This document shows, in pieces, positions 1 to 12,300 of a stretch of 64,000 bases of DNA; the stretch's first letter is position 1, and each line of letters begins with the position of its first letter. A program made the translations under genes and the position numbers. This stretch comes from Paramoeba atlantica. Its lineage: Eukaryota; Protista; Discosea. The DNA lies in the NCBI GenBank assembly GCA_977017575.1, contig CDRNVI010000154.1, positions 11,279-75,278 of the forward strand, in the 5' to 3' direction. A model generated the notes under the pieces. It was given only the letters and a program-made list of their open reading frames with translations, searched no databases and was not told the DNA's origin.

Positions 1-80
1 TCTTCATTATTTTTAACCTTAAAAAATTAGTGGCTTTAGGTTAGACCATCACCTAATAAAATCCAGTGTTAAAAAGAAAA
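1..80 (+). mobile_element. SINE2 3' end (cut by window edge)
   Basis: Matches the 3' end of the SINE2 copies at 15762-16082 and 22673-22990 (ccttaaaaaattagtggcttt...cctaataaa...agtgtt + A tail). Confidence 0.75.
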
Positions 81-759
81 AATATTATTTGATTGTTTTT
101 GTTTTTCAATTGTATGAGAACTTGTAAAAACAAATAAGAGTTTAGTGTTTTGGAAAGTGCTTGAAAAGAAGGTTGTGTTTCCATTTAATCATCTTGTTTT
201 TCTTTTTCTTTCTTTTTTTTCTTTTGTTTTTCTTCCCTTTTTTTCTTTCTTTTGTTTTTCTTCCCTTTTTTTCTCCTTTTTTTTCCTTTTTTTTTTTTCT
301 TTTTTTTTTTTTTATTATTCTTATCATTTTTAAAAATATCTTTTTTGAATCCACACAATACAGGTTTCTAAAATTGTTGGAAAAATGAATTGAAAAAAAA
401 CAAGTGGTTCACATGGACTCTTAAAATCAATGGATTATTTAAAACTGGAACAACTACATTATTTTAATAAGAAAACCAGGAAAAAGCACTATTGTTGTTG
501 AAAACTTATTTTGAAACTAAATCAACAACAGTTTTTCTCTAAATCTATCACCAACTTTGGAGCAGGAAGTTTTGGAAATGGAATTTCAAACTCTAGTGAT
601 TTCAAGTGTATTGGCTTTCCAGACAAAGGATCTAAGACTTATTGAAATATTATTACATTATTTGGATTTTTTAATAATCCATATTATTTATCATCATATT
701 CACAAACTGTACTTGTTTCAAATTATTAGATTTCTCAAGGTTTTGCAAGTCTATTTATT

Positions 760-1185
760 TTTTTTTTTTTTTTTTTTTGAGGCAGACTTTATTCAATTAG
801 TAGTTCTTAATCTAAGTCATTTGAATTACATTAAATTATGTTTGTTTTTAACCTCTAACAAGAGGTGAAGTTTTAAACTTCAGCTTAGTTCAGTCGGTCT
901 TTATGCTGAACTTTAGAACTTCTGCAAGTTCAGGCTGGAGGATGTACATCAGAAGGGAGAATAATCCAAAGCTCCTTCCAAGGGAATTTATTCTCAACTT
1001 TTTAGCAGACAGGGCTGAGATGTAACCTGTTTCGATTTTCACACTTCTTCAAGAGCTCCTCACTCCAATCAAATCACTCTACAACACCAGAAAAATTTTC
1101 TATAATATCGAAAAACTGGGATTTAAACTCACCCCCCCGAGGTTGGACATAGTCGAATTTACAACTAAACTACAGGCACCAACCC
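760..1185 (-). mobile_element. SINE1 (tRNA-derived, ~420 bp, poly(A) tail)
   Basis: A box TAGTTTAGTTG, B box GTTTAAATCC (family consensus GTTCAAATCC), AATAAA + poly(A). 18-bp TSD tttgcaagtctatttatt (742-759, 1186-1203). Empty site in the adjacent duplicate (~1780-1800). Confidence 0.95.
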
Positions 1186-1451
1186 TTTGCAAGTCTATTT
1201 ATTAAATTTTAAGAAATTATAATCCTTCAAAATACACAAAAAAAAAATGAATTAACTTTTTTGAATTGCTTTCTTCACAACTCACTTTCCAATGAGCAAA
1301 TAATAAATGAGTTCTTAAATTAGTCTTTTTGAAATGTTAGACTTGAACTTTTCAAAAGTTCAAGTTCAGTGTTTCAAAAGGTTTATCTTTTTTAATCCAT
1401 GTTCTTTCATCTTCATTACAAAGAATCTTCAAAGAGATAAACCACTTTAAA

Positions 1452-1600
1452 GAGCTTGTGGGGCTTAGAAATCTTATAAGTTTCCTATTAAGATATCCGA
1501 TAAGATTCTCAATCTGATTTTTCATCTTATTAGACTCTAATAAGAATCTTATTGAAATCTTATTAAGTAATCTTAAAAGATTTTTAAGCCCCACAAGCTC
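1452..1600. mobile_element. MITE, 149 bp, 24-bp TIRs
   Basis: gagcttgtggggcttagaaatctt ... aagatttttaagccccacaagctc (1 mismatch). Absent from the duplicate at ~2035-2050. TSD ambiguous. Confidence 0.8.
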
Positions 1601-2539
1601 TTTGTAATTTTTTCTATTTTCCTCTTTGGTGATTTCAAGTATATTGATTCACCAAACAAAGGATTTAAAACTTACTGAAATATCATCACATCATTTGGAT
1701 TTTTTAGTAACCTATATCATTCATTATCATATTCACAAACTATACTTGTTTCAAATCATCAGATTTTTCAAGGTTTTAAAAGTCTATTTATTAAATTTTA
1801 AGAAATTATAATCCTTCAAAACACATAAAAAAAAAAATGAATTAACCTTTTTGAATCATTTTCTTCACAACTCACTTTCCAATGGGCAGACAATGAATGA
1901 GTTCTTAAATCAGTCTTTTTGAAATGCTAAATTTGAACTTTTCAAAAGTTCAAGTTCAGTGTTTCAAAAGGTTTATCTTCTTTAATCCATGTTCCTTCAT
2001 CTTCATTATAAAGAACCTTCAAAGAGATAAACCACTTTAAAGTTTGTAATTTCTTCTGTTTTCCTCTTTATTTGAGATGTAAAAGCTCTTTTTTTCCATT
2101 GTTTTTTATGAATAACAGAAGTGTTGATGATTGAAAGTTGTTCTATTTTTGTTTGAAAGAAAAATTGAAAAATTGTCATTTAAAAAGAAAGTTAAACCAG
2201 GTTGTTTTGTCTTTTTGACTTTTTTAATCTTTTTAATCTCTTTCCAAAAATCTTTTTAATGTTTTTATAAGATTTGAGTGTGTTCATTTTCAAAAAATTG
2301 TCTAATTTATTTATTTTTAGACTTTAGAATATGGAAAAAAAAGTAAAACCAAAATAGAAAAGGACATCTTCTCTTTCAAGGGGAGATATTAGCAGTTTGA
2401 CCAACACTTTTTAACACTTTTCAACATCTCTCCTATAAAAGTTGTTTTTTTGGTTTTTTAAAAATACATTATTTCAAAAAACATCAAAAAACAAATCAAA
2501 ATCAAAAAAACAAACCTTGAAAAAACTTCAAACAAAGAC

Positions 2540-2670
2540 CAAAAAAGTGAATGGCAGAAGTGAAAAGAAGTATGAAAGAAAAATACAAGAAAATACAAAA
2601 ACACAAACACTATCCAAAATAGAGACTCAAAAAAAGTGCACAATTTTTGAAAAATCAAATGTGGTGATTT
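2540..2670 (+). repeat. Dispersed ~130-bp repeat (second copy ~13680-13805)
   Basis: Shared aaacac(t/c)atccaaaatag...aaaaaagtg(c/t)acaatttttgaaaaatcaaatgtg. Confidence 0.65.
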
Positions 2671-2749
2671 TTTAAGTTTTTTAGTCAATTTATTATCTTT
2701 ATTTAAAAACTCTTTTTCTACACTTGCAGCATCCATGTTCTTGAGTGTT

Positions 2750-3110
2750 GAGATCATAAAATGGCCTTACTTAACATTCATAAAAATTTTCTTTTTAAAA
2801 GAAGTCACATGTTTAATTGCTTTAATAATCTTATTGAAGTTGGAGAGTTTTGGTCTAAAATCTAGTGATTTCACTAACTTTATTAATCTTGATTTAACTC
2901 CAACAATAGTTTTTGGGTTCAAATGCATGACTAAACCTTAGTATAATCTAATATTATTCCAATCAATTTTATGCAACACATCACTGAGATTTTTGGAAGC
3001 TGGGAGGCCTTCCTTGATCTTAAAAGGTTTTTTCTTTCTTTTGTTCTTTTTAATAACTTAAATAAATGATTTACTATCTATTTGTTTTGATCAAGTATTC
3101 CTACTAAATG
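2750..3110 (-). pseudogene. Possible Ty3/gypsy pol relic
   Basis: Minus-strand translation contains MHLNPKTIVG, resembling ININPKTIIA in the gypsy element near 60050. Weak evidence. Confidence 0.25.
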
Positions 3111-3134
3111 TTTGAACACCAAAAAAGATTTCAA

Positions 3135-3557
3135 TTTTTTTTTTCTTTTTGAGGTAAACTTGATTTAATTAGTAGTTTTTAATTTAAATTATTTGAATTA
3201 TATTAAATTATGTTTGTTTTTAACCTTTAATAAGAGGTGAAGTTTGAAACTTCAGCTTAGTTCAGTTGGTTTTTGTGTTGAACTTTAGAACTTCTACAAG
3301 TTCAAGCTAAAGAATATACATCAAAAGGAAGAATAATCCAAAGTTTCTTTCAAAAGAATTTATTCTTAACTTTTTAGTAGATAGGGTTGAGATGTAACTT
3401 GTTTTGATTTTCACACTTCTTCAAAAGCTCCTCACTCTAATTAAATCACTTAACAATACTAGAAAAATTTTCTAAAATATTAAAAAACTAAGATTTGAAT
3501 TCACCTCTTTAAGATTGAATATAATTGAATTTATAACTCAACTATAAGTACCAACTC
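3135..3557 (-). mobile_element. SINE1, old and heavily GC>AT-decayed copy
   Basis: Colinear with the other SINE1 copies over the full length. TSD not recognisable. Confidence 0.9.
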
Positions 3558-4171
3558 AATCATAGTAAATTTAAGAGATTTAAACTAAATTGTTTTTTTG
3601 TTCCCTTTGTATTAGTAGTAGAGATGTGCTACTTTGTATTTTTTTTTGAAAGTTCACTTCACTTCTGTGTTTTAGTTCTTTTTTTATTTATTTTCAATTA
3701 TACATTAGCTACAAGTAATGATATTTCTACATCACTCTATTTTTAAAAGGGAATATTTTAATTATGTCTTCTTACAAGGATGTAAGAAAATGTAAGAGAG
3801 AGAAATTTTAATTATATTCTTCTTTAAGTAATGTTTTTTTTATTATTTTTTTTGAATTTGTGTAAAAGTATTTTTTGTTTTTAGAAAAAAATAGAAAATA
3901 GTTGTTGTTAAATAAATTTTTTATTTGATGTAAATATTGAAAAACCTTATTTAAAAAATAGTGGTGTTAGTAAATTACAATAAATAAGCAGTTTAATAGT
4001 TCTATATAATAGAAATGTAGTTATATAATCAGTTTCTGCTTAGAATATAGGTGGAGAAAAGAGTTATTTTCAAACTAATCAAAAAAAAAAATCAGGTTGG
4101 TTCAAGGAAACTTTCCTTGCCCAATCTGATTTTCTTTCCTTCACCCACCATGTTGGTGAAACCCCGCCTAG

Positions 4172-4877
4172 TTGAGCACTTCAGAGAAATCTGTTATGTT
4201 CAGTGGAAAGAGTACGTCCTCTTCCCCTAAGGGCTCCCAGAATGGGTCCCACTCTCCCTTGTATTTGAAGAATGAAAAAAAAAATGCAAACCCAAGTAGG
4301 AATTCTGAAGAAATTCCAATCAAATCGACCTTGAAGAGAGTGCCTGAGGAAGGATGGTGGTCATGAGTCAAGAAAGAAATACCGAAGACCTTGTCCCATA
4401 TTGGAACTGAGGTTAACCCTGTGAAGAACAACACAATAATCCGCCCCATCTTTGTAATGGGTTCCTTTTGTTTCTATGAAGGAATGCCAAACTATCAAAG
4501 AGCAATGGCCACACTCAACAAAGTCCCTAAGCTGAGAGGGAACTTCCTCTTGTGTGTTATGAAAGGCCACCTCAACGTGGCCACCTTTAACAAAGAAACA
4601 TGCGAACCCCTGGAGAAAGTCATTCTGGAAAATGGTTCCTTCCTCACAACTGGTTTTGGGAAGTCCTTTGTCTGGAAGAACAACCAGGATTGGAATTTAT
4701 GGGGCTTTAAACTCCGTGTCCCCTTTTTAATCAAAGGGGAAGAGTGGATCTAAAGATTGTTTATTGGCGAATTTGCTCTTCCTCACCATGGATTAAGAGA
4801 GGTGGCTCAGATTAGTGATGACTGTATTGTCATCTTCTATGATGTAATCCCTCTTATTCTGACACGTATTATTGCCA
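4172..4877 (+). pseudogene. LINE-A ORF1 N-terminal fragment (copy X)
   Basis: Near-identical to the first ~235 codons of ORF 7297-9303, with in-frame stops. Ends at ...attattgcca, where it joins inverted RT sequence. Confidence 0.9.
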
Positions 4878-7237
4878 GGACAAAGCACTTATGAAAATTC
4901 AGGTTAGCTCCAGTCGCTTCTTCATATTTCTTGAAGGTTGGAGTGAGAGAATTGATGGTTTCAGCTTTCTGAATCACCATCCCCAAGTCATCCATAAAGC
5001 CTGATAGGTCTTGGGGGTTGTATTCCTTCTTCAAGCTCACCAGGAGGATGTCAAACACAATTACAAACAGAAGGGGGGAGATCGGGCATCCTTGTCTGAC
5101 ACCAGTTCGACTTTGGATTGATTCATTGTTGCCTCTCCTCTTGGATCCACCAATATTCGGCAGCCAGGTTACAGATTCTTGAAGCACCTTCTCAACAATA
5201 TAGATCGCTTGAGGGGGGGCATTCAAACCTTTGAGAATATGAAGAAGTGCATCACGATTCACATAATCATATGTCTTGCAAAAGTCTGTTTGGAGGAGGG
5301 TCACATCTTTCCCTTCTGCCAGAGCTTCGTAAAAAGAGTCATACACTGATTTCACTGCTTCGTCAATTGACCTCCCCTTAAACATTGCATGCTGTTCTTT
5401 AGAAATTACTCCACTTGCAATCTCCATCAGCCATTTTGCCCAATATCTCATCACAATCTGATAATCTGAATTGGTAACACTGATTGATCGAAATTGGTCA
5501 GAGTGGGGGATATTCTCAACTTTGGGAATCAAACAGAGTTGGCTCTCACCAAAAGAGGGGGGGAACTCCATAATCTCACCTGCTTGTTGAATTAATTCCA
5601 CCCACATGTCAAAATACTTTTTTTGTGTCACCTTATATAAAGAGAAAGGGATACCATCAGGTCCTGTGCTGGTGTTATTGGTTTTTTGAAGAAGTTTATC
5701 AACTTTCTTCTTGTCAACATCATGTCTCTCAACTGGGGGAAAGTGAGGATGATGGTCAGCAATCAGTTCGTTGAGAGAATCCTTGTTATATGGTCTTTCT
5801 GTATTAAGAAGGCTCTCCCAAAAGTCCTTAATTGCTTTTTTAACCACATGATCATCACGAGAGATCACTCCATCTACAATTACACCTTTAACATGGGGAG
5901 AAGATTTATGACCAGGGCGCGAGGGGTGTTCATCCACAAAAATTCCGAGTTGTTGTTCGAGAACTGCAGTTTGATCCATCCCAGCTTTGATCATTCTAGG
6001 AATAGCTTTGATTCTCCATTTCTTGTCATCTTGAGAACCATTCCATCCTATCACAGCTGTATGAAGAAGTTTGAGTTCCAACAAAGAGAAAGAGTGTATG
6101 GCTGAAGTTTTCCTTAAAATCCTGGTTTTTGCAAGACATTTGATGATTTTCTGGAGTTTCCATAGTTCTTTGAAAAGGTGCTTCTTTCCCTTTGTCTTTC
6201 CATAGAGGGACTAATTCCCATGCCTTCTCCTTGAGTTTATTAAAACAACTGACAGGATCACCTTCCACATAGTCCCCAACTTCATTAATGAGGGCATTAA
6301 TAAATTTAGGATCTTTAATGAGGTATTCAGGGATTCTCTTCTTGTTAGATTTCAACTCCCATTCTTTGATACTAGTTCCACCTACGATCATCACATGGTC
6401 TTTAAAGCCTGAGGGGATCGCATTAACAAAAATTCTTTTGCTAGGAGCGTTCAAGGGAATAAAGACATGATCGATACATTGTCCTTGGAAATGGGTTGGT
6501 TCTGACCACCCCAGTCTTGATAGATTCCAAGATTCAGAGGATTCTGCAAGCTCTTTAAAAGAGGGTTCATTAAGATCCCAGTTGAAGTCACCTCCCAGAA
6601 CGTTCAGTCCATCTTTGGAGAAGAATTTTCCAATTTGGTCTTGCATAAAGGGAAGTTTCAGATCGCAATGATGGTAGACATTCATCACAGCATATTCAGT
6701 ATTGAAGATCTTAGTTCTCAGTCCAAACAAACCACTCTCAGAGCTTTCAATTGGGTATAGTTCTATATCATGAAGGCCTTCCATTCTTCTGACTCCAAGG
6801 GCAAGGCCCCGCTTCCATTCCGAGAAGGGGTCTCTGAACCACAAATATTTCCTCAAACAATTCTTGAGATGATCGAGATCTTTTTCAGATGCGGCATGGG
6901 TTTCTTGAAGCAAAATAAACAGAGGATGGCAACTTGCAGCCATTCTACAGCAAAGGTTGAGTTTTTCATCATTGTGAACACCATTGATGTTCCATGATAA
7001 AATCCTCATGTCTGGGAATTTGTTATACTGATACAGATTTGGAAGCAGCGGCGCAGGGAAGGGAGGAAGGAAAGAAGATGAAGGGGGTTGGGACACCAAG
7101 ACAAGTGCTTGAGGGGTTGGGGAGGCAAGGTTTGTTTTTTGATGAAGATCAATAACAGGAGAGTCAGAGGAAGCACAAGGGTCCTTCAGTGGAGGAAAGA
7201 AAGATTTTAAATTGTTGTTGTTTTTCTTTCCTTTCAT
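4878..7237 (-). pseudogene. LINE-A ORF2 N-part: APE endonuclease + reverse transcriptase (one frameshift near 6100-6180)
   Basis: APE motifs ILSWNING, LQETH, GGDFN, IDHVF, KDH. RT motifs GPDGIP, IPK, SISVTNSDY, DFCKTYD, GVRQGCPISPLLF, GFMDD. Confidence 0.95.
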
Positions 7238-7296
7238 TCTTTCCTTTATGAAGGGGGGGAAGATGAGGAGGATGAAACATTGCTTGACTCAGGGAA

Positions 7297-9303
7297 TCAA
7301 GCACTATCCATCGTCAACACTGTCTCACCCCATTCTATTTGATGCAAATCTCCAAGAACTGCGAAACTGTTTGAGGCGGGGATCTCTGAAAAAGGAAAAG
7401 TCGCTTTTTCCTTCTTGGGGACACTAGTGGGGACACTCTTATCATGATCATTTTCCTTTGTTTTTTCCTCTTCATCTTTCTCTTCTTCTATCTCCTCTTT
7501 CCCTTTCTCCTCTTCCCTACTTTTCTTTTTCTTCTTCTTTGCTGGCTTCTTGGTTACAGGTAGTGGTTTGGTCCCAGTAGAAGTTGGTTCCTTCTCCTCA
7601 ACTGTTTCTTCCGACACCACCCTCTTCCTCAGTCTGGATTTCAGCTTTAATTTCAGTTTCTCAACCACCCTATCAATAATGTGGCCAAGGAAGTCTGCAT
7701 CAAAACTCGATTCCCATTTAAGCTGTCCTTTTTCCAACTCACTCTTCAACTTCTCAAGGCTATCTTCAGTCCTCTCCCACTCACACTGGAAATTCGCCCC
7801 ATCTAGTATTTTCCAAGCCCCTTCAGTGTCATGGATAGTCATTGACCATTTGCTCCCAGAAATTGGATCAGATGAGAATTGAGGTCTGCTCATGTCTGGG
7901 GAAATCTCATCCTCATCCTCAATTAAAATAACCCCCCTCTCAGCATCAGTTTCAGCAACAATGTCTTCAAGGAAATCCATCATATCTTTTTGAGGGATTG
8001 TTAGGGTTTCTGATGTACTGCCCGAGCGAGATGATGTGGCCAGAGTTTGTGAGGGTGATTCCTTACGAGGTTTAGTAGTCTTGAGTGAAGATTTGGGTTG
8101 GTTACTTCTTGAAGGGGCTGATTTTTCCTTGGAGGAACCTTCTTGAAGAGCAGTTTCCCTCACGTTTGTGCTTTGATTGACCTCCATCGGGGTTGTAGAT
8201 GAGGGACGAGGGTCAGCAGACTTCATTGAGGGTAGTGCCCTCTGATTGGGATTTGGTAATATGGGAAATTGGGACAGAGAGAGATTCGTACCTTGGTTCT
8301 CTTGATTAGTTGAGGACTCTGTAGGAATAATAAATCTTTTATGAGACTGTTCCCTCAATTTCGTGATTGTCACAGGAAGGGAAGGAAATTTCCTCCAAGA
8401 GTCTGTCTCATTATTTAACTTTTTGATGATTCCTCCCTCTCCCTCCTTGTCCACAATCTCCTTTGCACATTTTAAATGCCTTGAGTGTGAAATCTCACAC
8501 ACTTGACAATTTACTTTCTTGTGAAAGGGACTCATAGGGGTCCACAGAGAGATCCTACCTTGGAACTCATTGTTAATAATAAAAGAACCTCTGTGCTTGG
8601 CAATAATATGTGTTAGAATAAGAGGAATTACATCATAGAAGATGACAATACAATCGTCGCTGATCTGAACCACCTCTCTTAATCCATGGTGAGGAAGAGC
8701 AGATTCGCCAATAAACAACCTTTGGATCCACTCTTCCCCTTTGATTAAAAAGGGGACACAGAGTTTAAAGCCCCATAAATTCCAATCCTGGTTGTTCTTC
8801 CAAACAAAGGGCTTCCCAAAACTGGTTGCGAGGAAGGAACCATTTTCCAGAATGATTTTCTCCAGGGGTTCACGTGTTTCTTCATCGAAGGTGGCCACGT
8901 TGAGGTGGCCTTTCATAACACACAAGAGGAAGTTCCCTCTCAGCTTAGGGACTTTATTAAGTGTGGCCATTGCTCTCTGATAGTTTGGCATTCCTTCATA
9001 GAAACAAAAGGAACCCATTACAAAGATGGGGCGGATTATTGCATTGTTCTTCACAGGGTTAACCTCAGTTTCAATATGAGACAAGGTATTCAGTATTTCT
9101 TTCTTGACTTGTGACCACCATCCTTCCTCAGGCACTCTCTTCGAGGTTGATTTGATTGGAATTTCTTCAGAATTCCCACTTGGGTTTGTGTTTTTTTTTT
9201 CGTTCTTCGAATACAAAGGGGAGTGGAACCCATTCTGGGAGCCCTTAGGGGAAGAGGACATACTCTTTCCACTGGACATAACAGATTTCTCTGAAGTGCT
9301 CAA
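7297..9303 (-). CDS. LINE-A ORF1 protein (668 aa, gag-like)
   Basis: Open ORF ending 60 bp upstream of the APE ORF. Cys/His motif CQVCEISHSRHLKC, S/T/P-rich middle and K/E-rich C-terminus. Confidence 0.8.
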   Translation of the reverse strand: MSTSEKSVMSSGKSMSSSPKGSQNGFHSPLYSKNEKKNTNPSGNSEEIPIKSTSKRVPEEGWWSQVKKEILNTLSHIETEVNPVKNNAIIRPIFVMGSFCFYEGMPNYQRAMATLNKVPKLRGNFLLCVMKGHLNVATFDEETREPLEKIILENGSFLATSFGKPFVWKNNQDWNLWGFKLCVPFLIKGEEWIQRLFIGESALPHHGLREVVQISDDCIVIFYDVIPLILTHIIAKHRGSFIINNEFQGRISLWTPMSPFHKKVNCQVCEISHSRHLKCAKEIVDKEGEGGIIKKLNNETDSWRKFPSLPVTITKLREQSHKRFIIPTESSTNQENQGTNLSLSQFPILPNPNQRALPSMKSADPRPSSTTPMEVNQSTNVRETALQEGSSKEKSAPSRSNQPKSSLKTTKPRKESPSQTLATSSRSGSTSETLTIPQKDMMDFLEDIVAETDAERGVILIEDEDEISPDMSRPQFSSDPISGSKWSMTIHDTEGAWKILDGANFQCEWERTEDSLEKLKSELEKGQLKWESSFDADFLGHIIDRVVEKLKLKLKSRLRKRVVSEETVEEKEPTSTGTKPLPVTKKPAKKKKKKSREEEKGKEEIEEEKDEEEKTKENDHDKSVPTSVPKKEKATFPFSEIPASNSFAVLGDLHQIEWGETVLTMDSA

Positions 9304-9392
9304 CTAGATGGGGTTTCACCAACATGGTGGGTGAAGGAAAGAAAATCAGATTGGGCAAGGAAAGTTTCCTTGAACCAACTTGATTTTTAGCT

Positions 9393-12300
9393 CACCTTTT
9401 CAAAGAACTATGGAAACTCCAGACAATCATCAAATGCCTTGCAAAAACTAGGATTTTAAGGAAAACTTCAGCCATACACTCTTTCTCTTCGTTGGAACTC
9501 GAACTTCTTTATACAACTGTGATAGAATGGAATGGTTTTTGAGATGACAAGAAATGGAGAATCAAAGCTATTCCTAGAATGATCAAAGCTGGGATGGATC
9601 GAACTGCAGTTCTTGAACAACAACTCGGAATTTTTGTGAATAAACACCCCTCGCGCCTTGGTCGTAAATCTTCTCCCCATGTTAAAGGTGTAATTGTAGA
9701 TGGAGTGATCTCTCATGATGATAATGTGGTAAAAAAAGCAATTAAGGACTTTTGGGAGAGCCTTCTTAATACAGAAAGACCATATAACAAGGATTCTCTC
9801 GACAAACTGATTGCTGACCATTATTCTCACTTTCCCCCAGTTGAGAGACATGATGTTGACAGGAAGAAAGTTGATAAACTTCTTCAGAGAACCAATAACA
9901 CCAGTGTAGGACCTGATGGTATTCCTTTCTCTTTATATAAGGCGATACAAGAAAAGTATTTTGACATGTGGGTGGAATTAATTTAACAAGTGGGTGAGAT
10001 TATGGAGTTCCCCCCCTCTTTTGGTGAGAGCCAACTCTGTTTGATTCCCAAAGTCGAGAATATCCCCTGCCCTAACCAATTTCGACCAATCAGTGTTACC
10101 AATTCAGATTATTGGATTGTGATGAGATATTGAGCAAAATGGCTGATGGAGATTGCAAGTGGAGTAATTTCTAAAAAACAGCATGCAATGTTTAAGGGGA
10201 GGTCAATTGACAAAGCAGTGGAATCAGTGTATGACTCTTTCTATGAAGCTTTGGCAGAAGGGAAAGACATGACCCTCCTCCAAATAGACTTTTGCAAGGC
10301 ATATGATTATGTGAATCGTGATGCACTTTTTCATATTCTCAAAGGTTTGAACACCCCCCCTCAAGCAATCTATGTTGTTGAGAAGGTGCTTTGAGAATCT
10401 GTAACCTGGCTGCTGAATATTGGTGGATCCAAGAGGGGAGGCAATAATGAATCAATCCAAAGTTGAACTGGTGTCAGACAAGGATGCCCGATCTCCCCCC
10501 TTCTGTTTGTAATTGTGTTTGACATCCTCCTGGTGAGCTTGAAGAAGGAATACAACCCCCAAGACCTATCAGGCTTTATGGATGACTTGGGGATGGTGAT
10601 TTAGAAAGCTGAAACCATCAATTTTCTCACTTCAACCTTCAAGAAATATGAAGAAGTGACTGAAGCTAAACTGAATTTTAATAAGTGCTTTGTCCTCTCA
10701 ACTGAGTCTTTCAAACCTGTAGGCCCCTGGGCTGAGATGGCAAGATCCAATTACTGTGGTGATGAAACTGTATATCTGGGAGTGAGGTTGAGTAAACGGT
10801 TATCTCCTCTTAAGGATTGGGAGAAAGTGATCCTAAAGATGAAGAAAGTTGGAGCAACAATCAAAAAAAGAGGTGGCAATTTTTGCTCGAGAGTAAGGAT
10901 GGTCAATACCTATCTAACTCCATGCATGGGATATTTAGTGAGATTCAAACTGATTCCAAAATCTGTCACCTCCTTGATATGGAAATCCATCTGCTCAACT
11001 CTGGGTGCCTATGCCAACACAAAAACCTCCATTCTTACCTCATGCTATCCTCCCTTGGACTCAAACCCCCAACTGCGCCATCCAATTGTTTTTAACTGGG
11101 CCCTCCTCACTTCTCATCCACCAATGAGGAGCGATTATCAGAGTTCTCTTTCCATTGGAGCCATGCAAAAGGATGCCCTTTTTGCAGCCCAAAGCCTCTC
11201 TGCCAAAGTTGTGTTTGGTCAGGCCACTCAAGTTGCTTATTCCAATATGTCTCGAGTGATCCCCATTGAAATCAAAGATCTGTATGTGGGTGAAGGAAGA
11301 GCTAAGTGTGTGGTGTACAACTTGGCACATGCAATTAGGCTCTAACTTAAGAGGAATTTGATTAAGTTCCTAATAAGAGGGCTGCCTACAAGAGACAAGT
11401 TGGCTCACTTCACAAACCAAAACTCAAGTTGTTGACTCTGCCACCATGAAAAGGAGTTACGATCTCATCTTCTGGAAGAATGTTCTGTGGCTGAGAGCCT
11501 TCTCCAAGCAATGGGAAGGAAATGTATTTTGTTGAATGTACCCAGCTGGCAAGAAACTAAGAATGTGTGTGGCCTTGTCTCAAATTTTCTCACCAGACAA
11601 GAAACCTCTGTGGTGAGTGTTGCCCTGTTGAGTTTGTGGCTCACAGTGTGTGCAGAAGGATCGAAATCACCCCAGTATGCTACTGAAATTTTCAAAAAAA
11701 TCTTGAAAAAGAACAAAATCCTCCCTTGGCCCCAAGAACCCAAACAAAGAAAGGAACCAAAGAGAAGGAAAGTTTTAAATTTAAAGACTTTCAAGTGTTT
11801 TATGATGGTTCAGGCTGTACAGACCCTCATCTGGGGGGTGCAGGCTTTGCAGTTTTCAGGGAAGGGAAAGAGATTTGTGGTGGGTTTGAAACCATTCCTC
11901 TTGGATCCAACAATATTGGTGAATTTACAGGCTGTTTGAAAGGAATGCAATGTGCCAGATCAATGACAAATGAGATTGAAGTTGTCAGGGATTGTATAAT
12001 TCTCACCAAGGCTGCACCCAAAACCCATGCCATCAAAAACTATGTCTTGAATGAACTACTTTGTGAAATCTGTAAGTTAGTAATATGCTTTGATGAGATA
12101 GAATTCATCCATGTACCCCGAGAACTTAACAAGTGAGCTGATGCAATTGCAACTGCTGCAAGTTGATCTAAAGAGGATGGAACATGTGCTATGAATAACC
12201 ATCATTAGGATTCAAGATCACAACATATTGCAGAAACCAGTGAAGAGTGGATTATTTTGAATTCAACCCTGTGGAATTGGATCAATTCCCCCCTCATCTG

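Larger units (their letters stand above)
590..2070. repeat. Tandem duplication of a ~445-bp unit (copy 1 ~590-1625 carries SINE1 + MITE; copy 2 ~1626-2070 is empty)
   Basis: Colinear similarity (gtgatttcaagt...atattcacaaact...cttttcaaaagttcaagttcagtgtttcaaaaggtttatc...gagataaaccactttaaa) in both copies. Confidence 0.85.
4878..9390 (-). mobile_element. LINE-A copy Y, 5'-intact and 3'-deleted, antisense inside copy X
   Basis: Has 5' UTR, complete ORF1, APE and RT up to NFHKCFVL, then an abrupt junction. Confidence 0.9.

Noticed and set aside
142-388. Lys-rich and Phe-rich ORFs on both strands (also 16654, 27204-28386, 40636-41081)
   Set aside because: They arise from A/T- or AG-rich low-complexity DNA and LTRs; no domain signal.
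760-868. Recurrent peptide FFFEADFIQLVVLNLSHLNYIKLCLFLTSN in many ORFs
   Set aside because: It is the antisense translation of the SINE1 tail, not a protein family.
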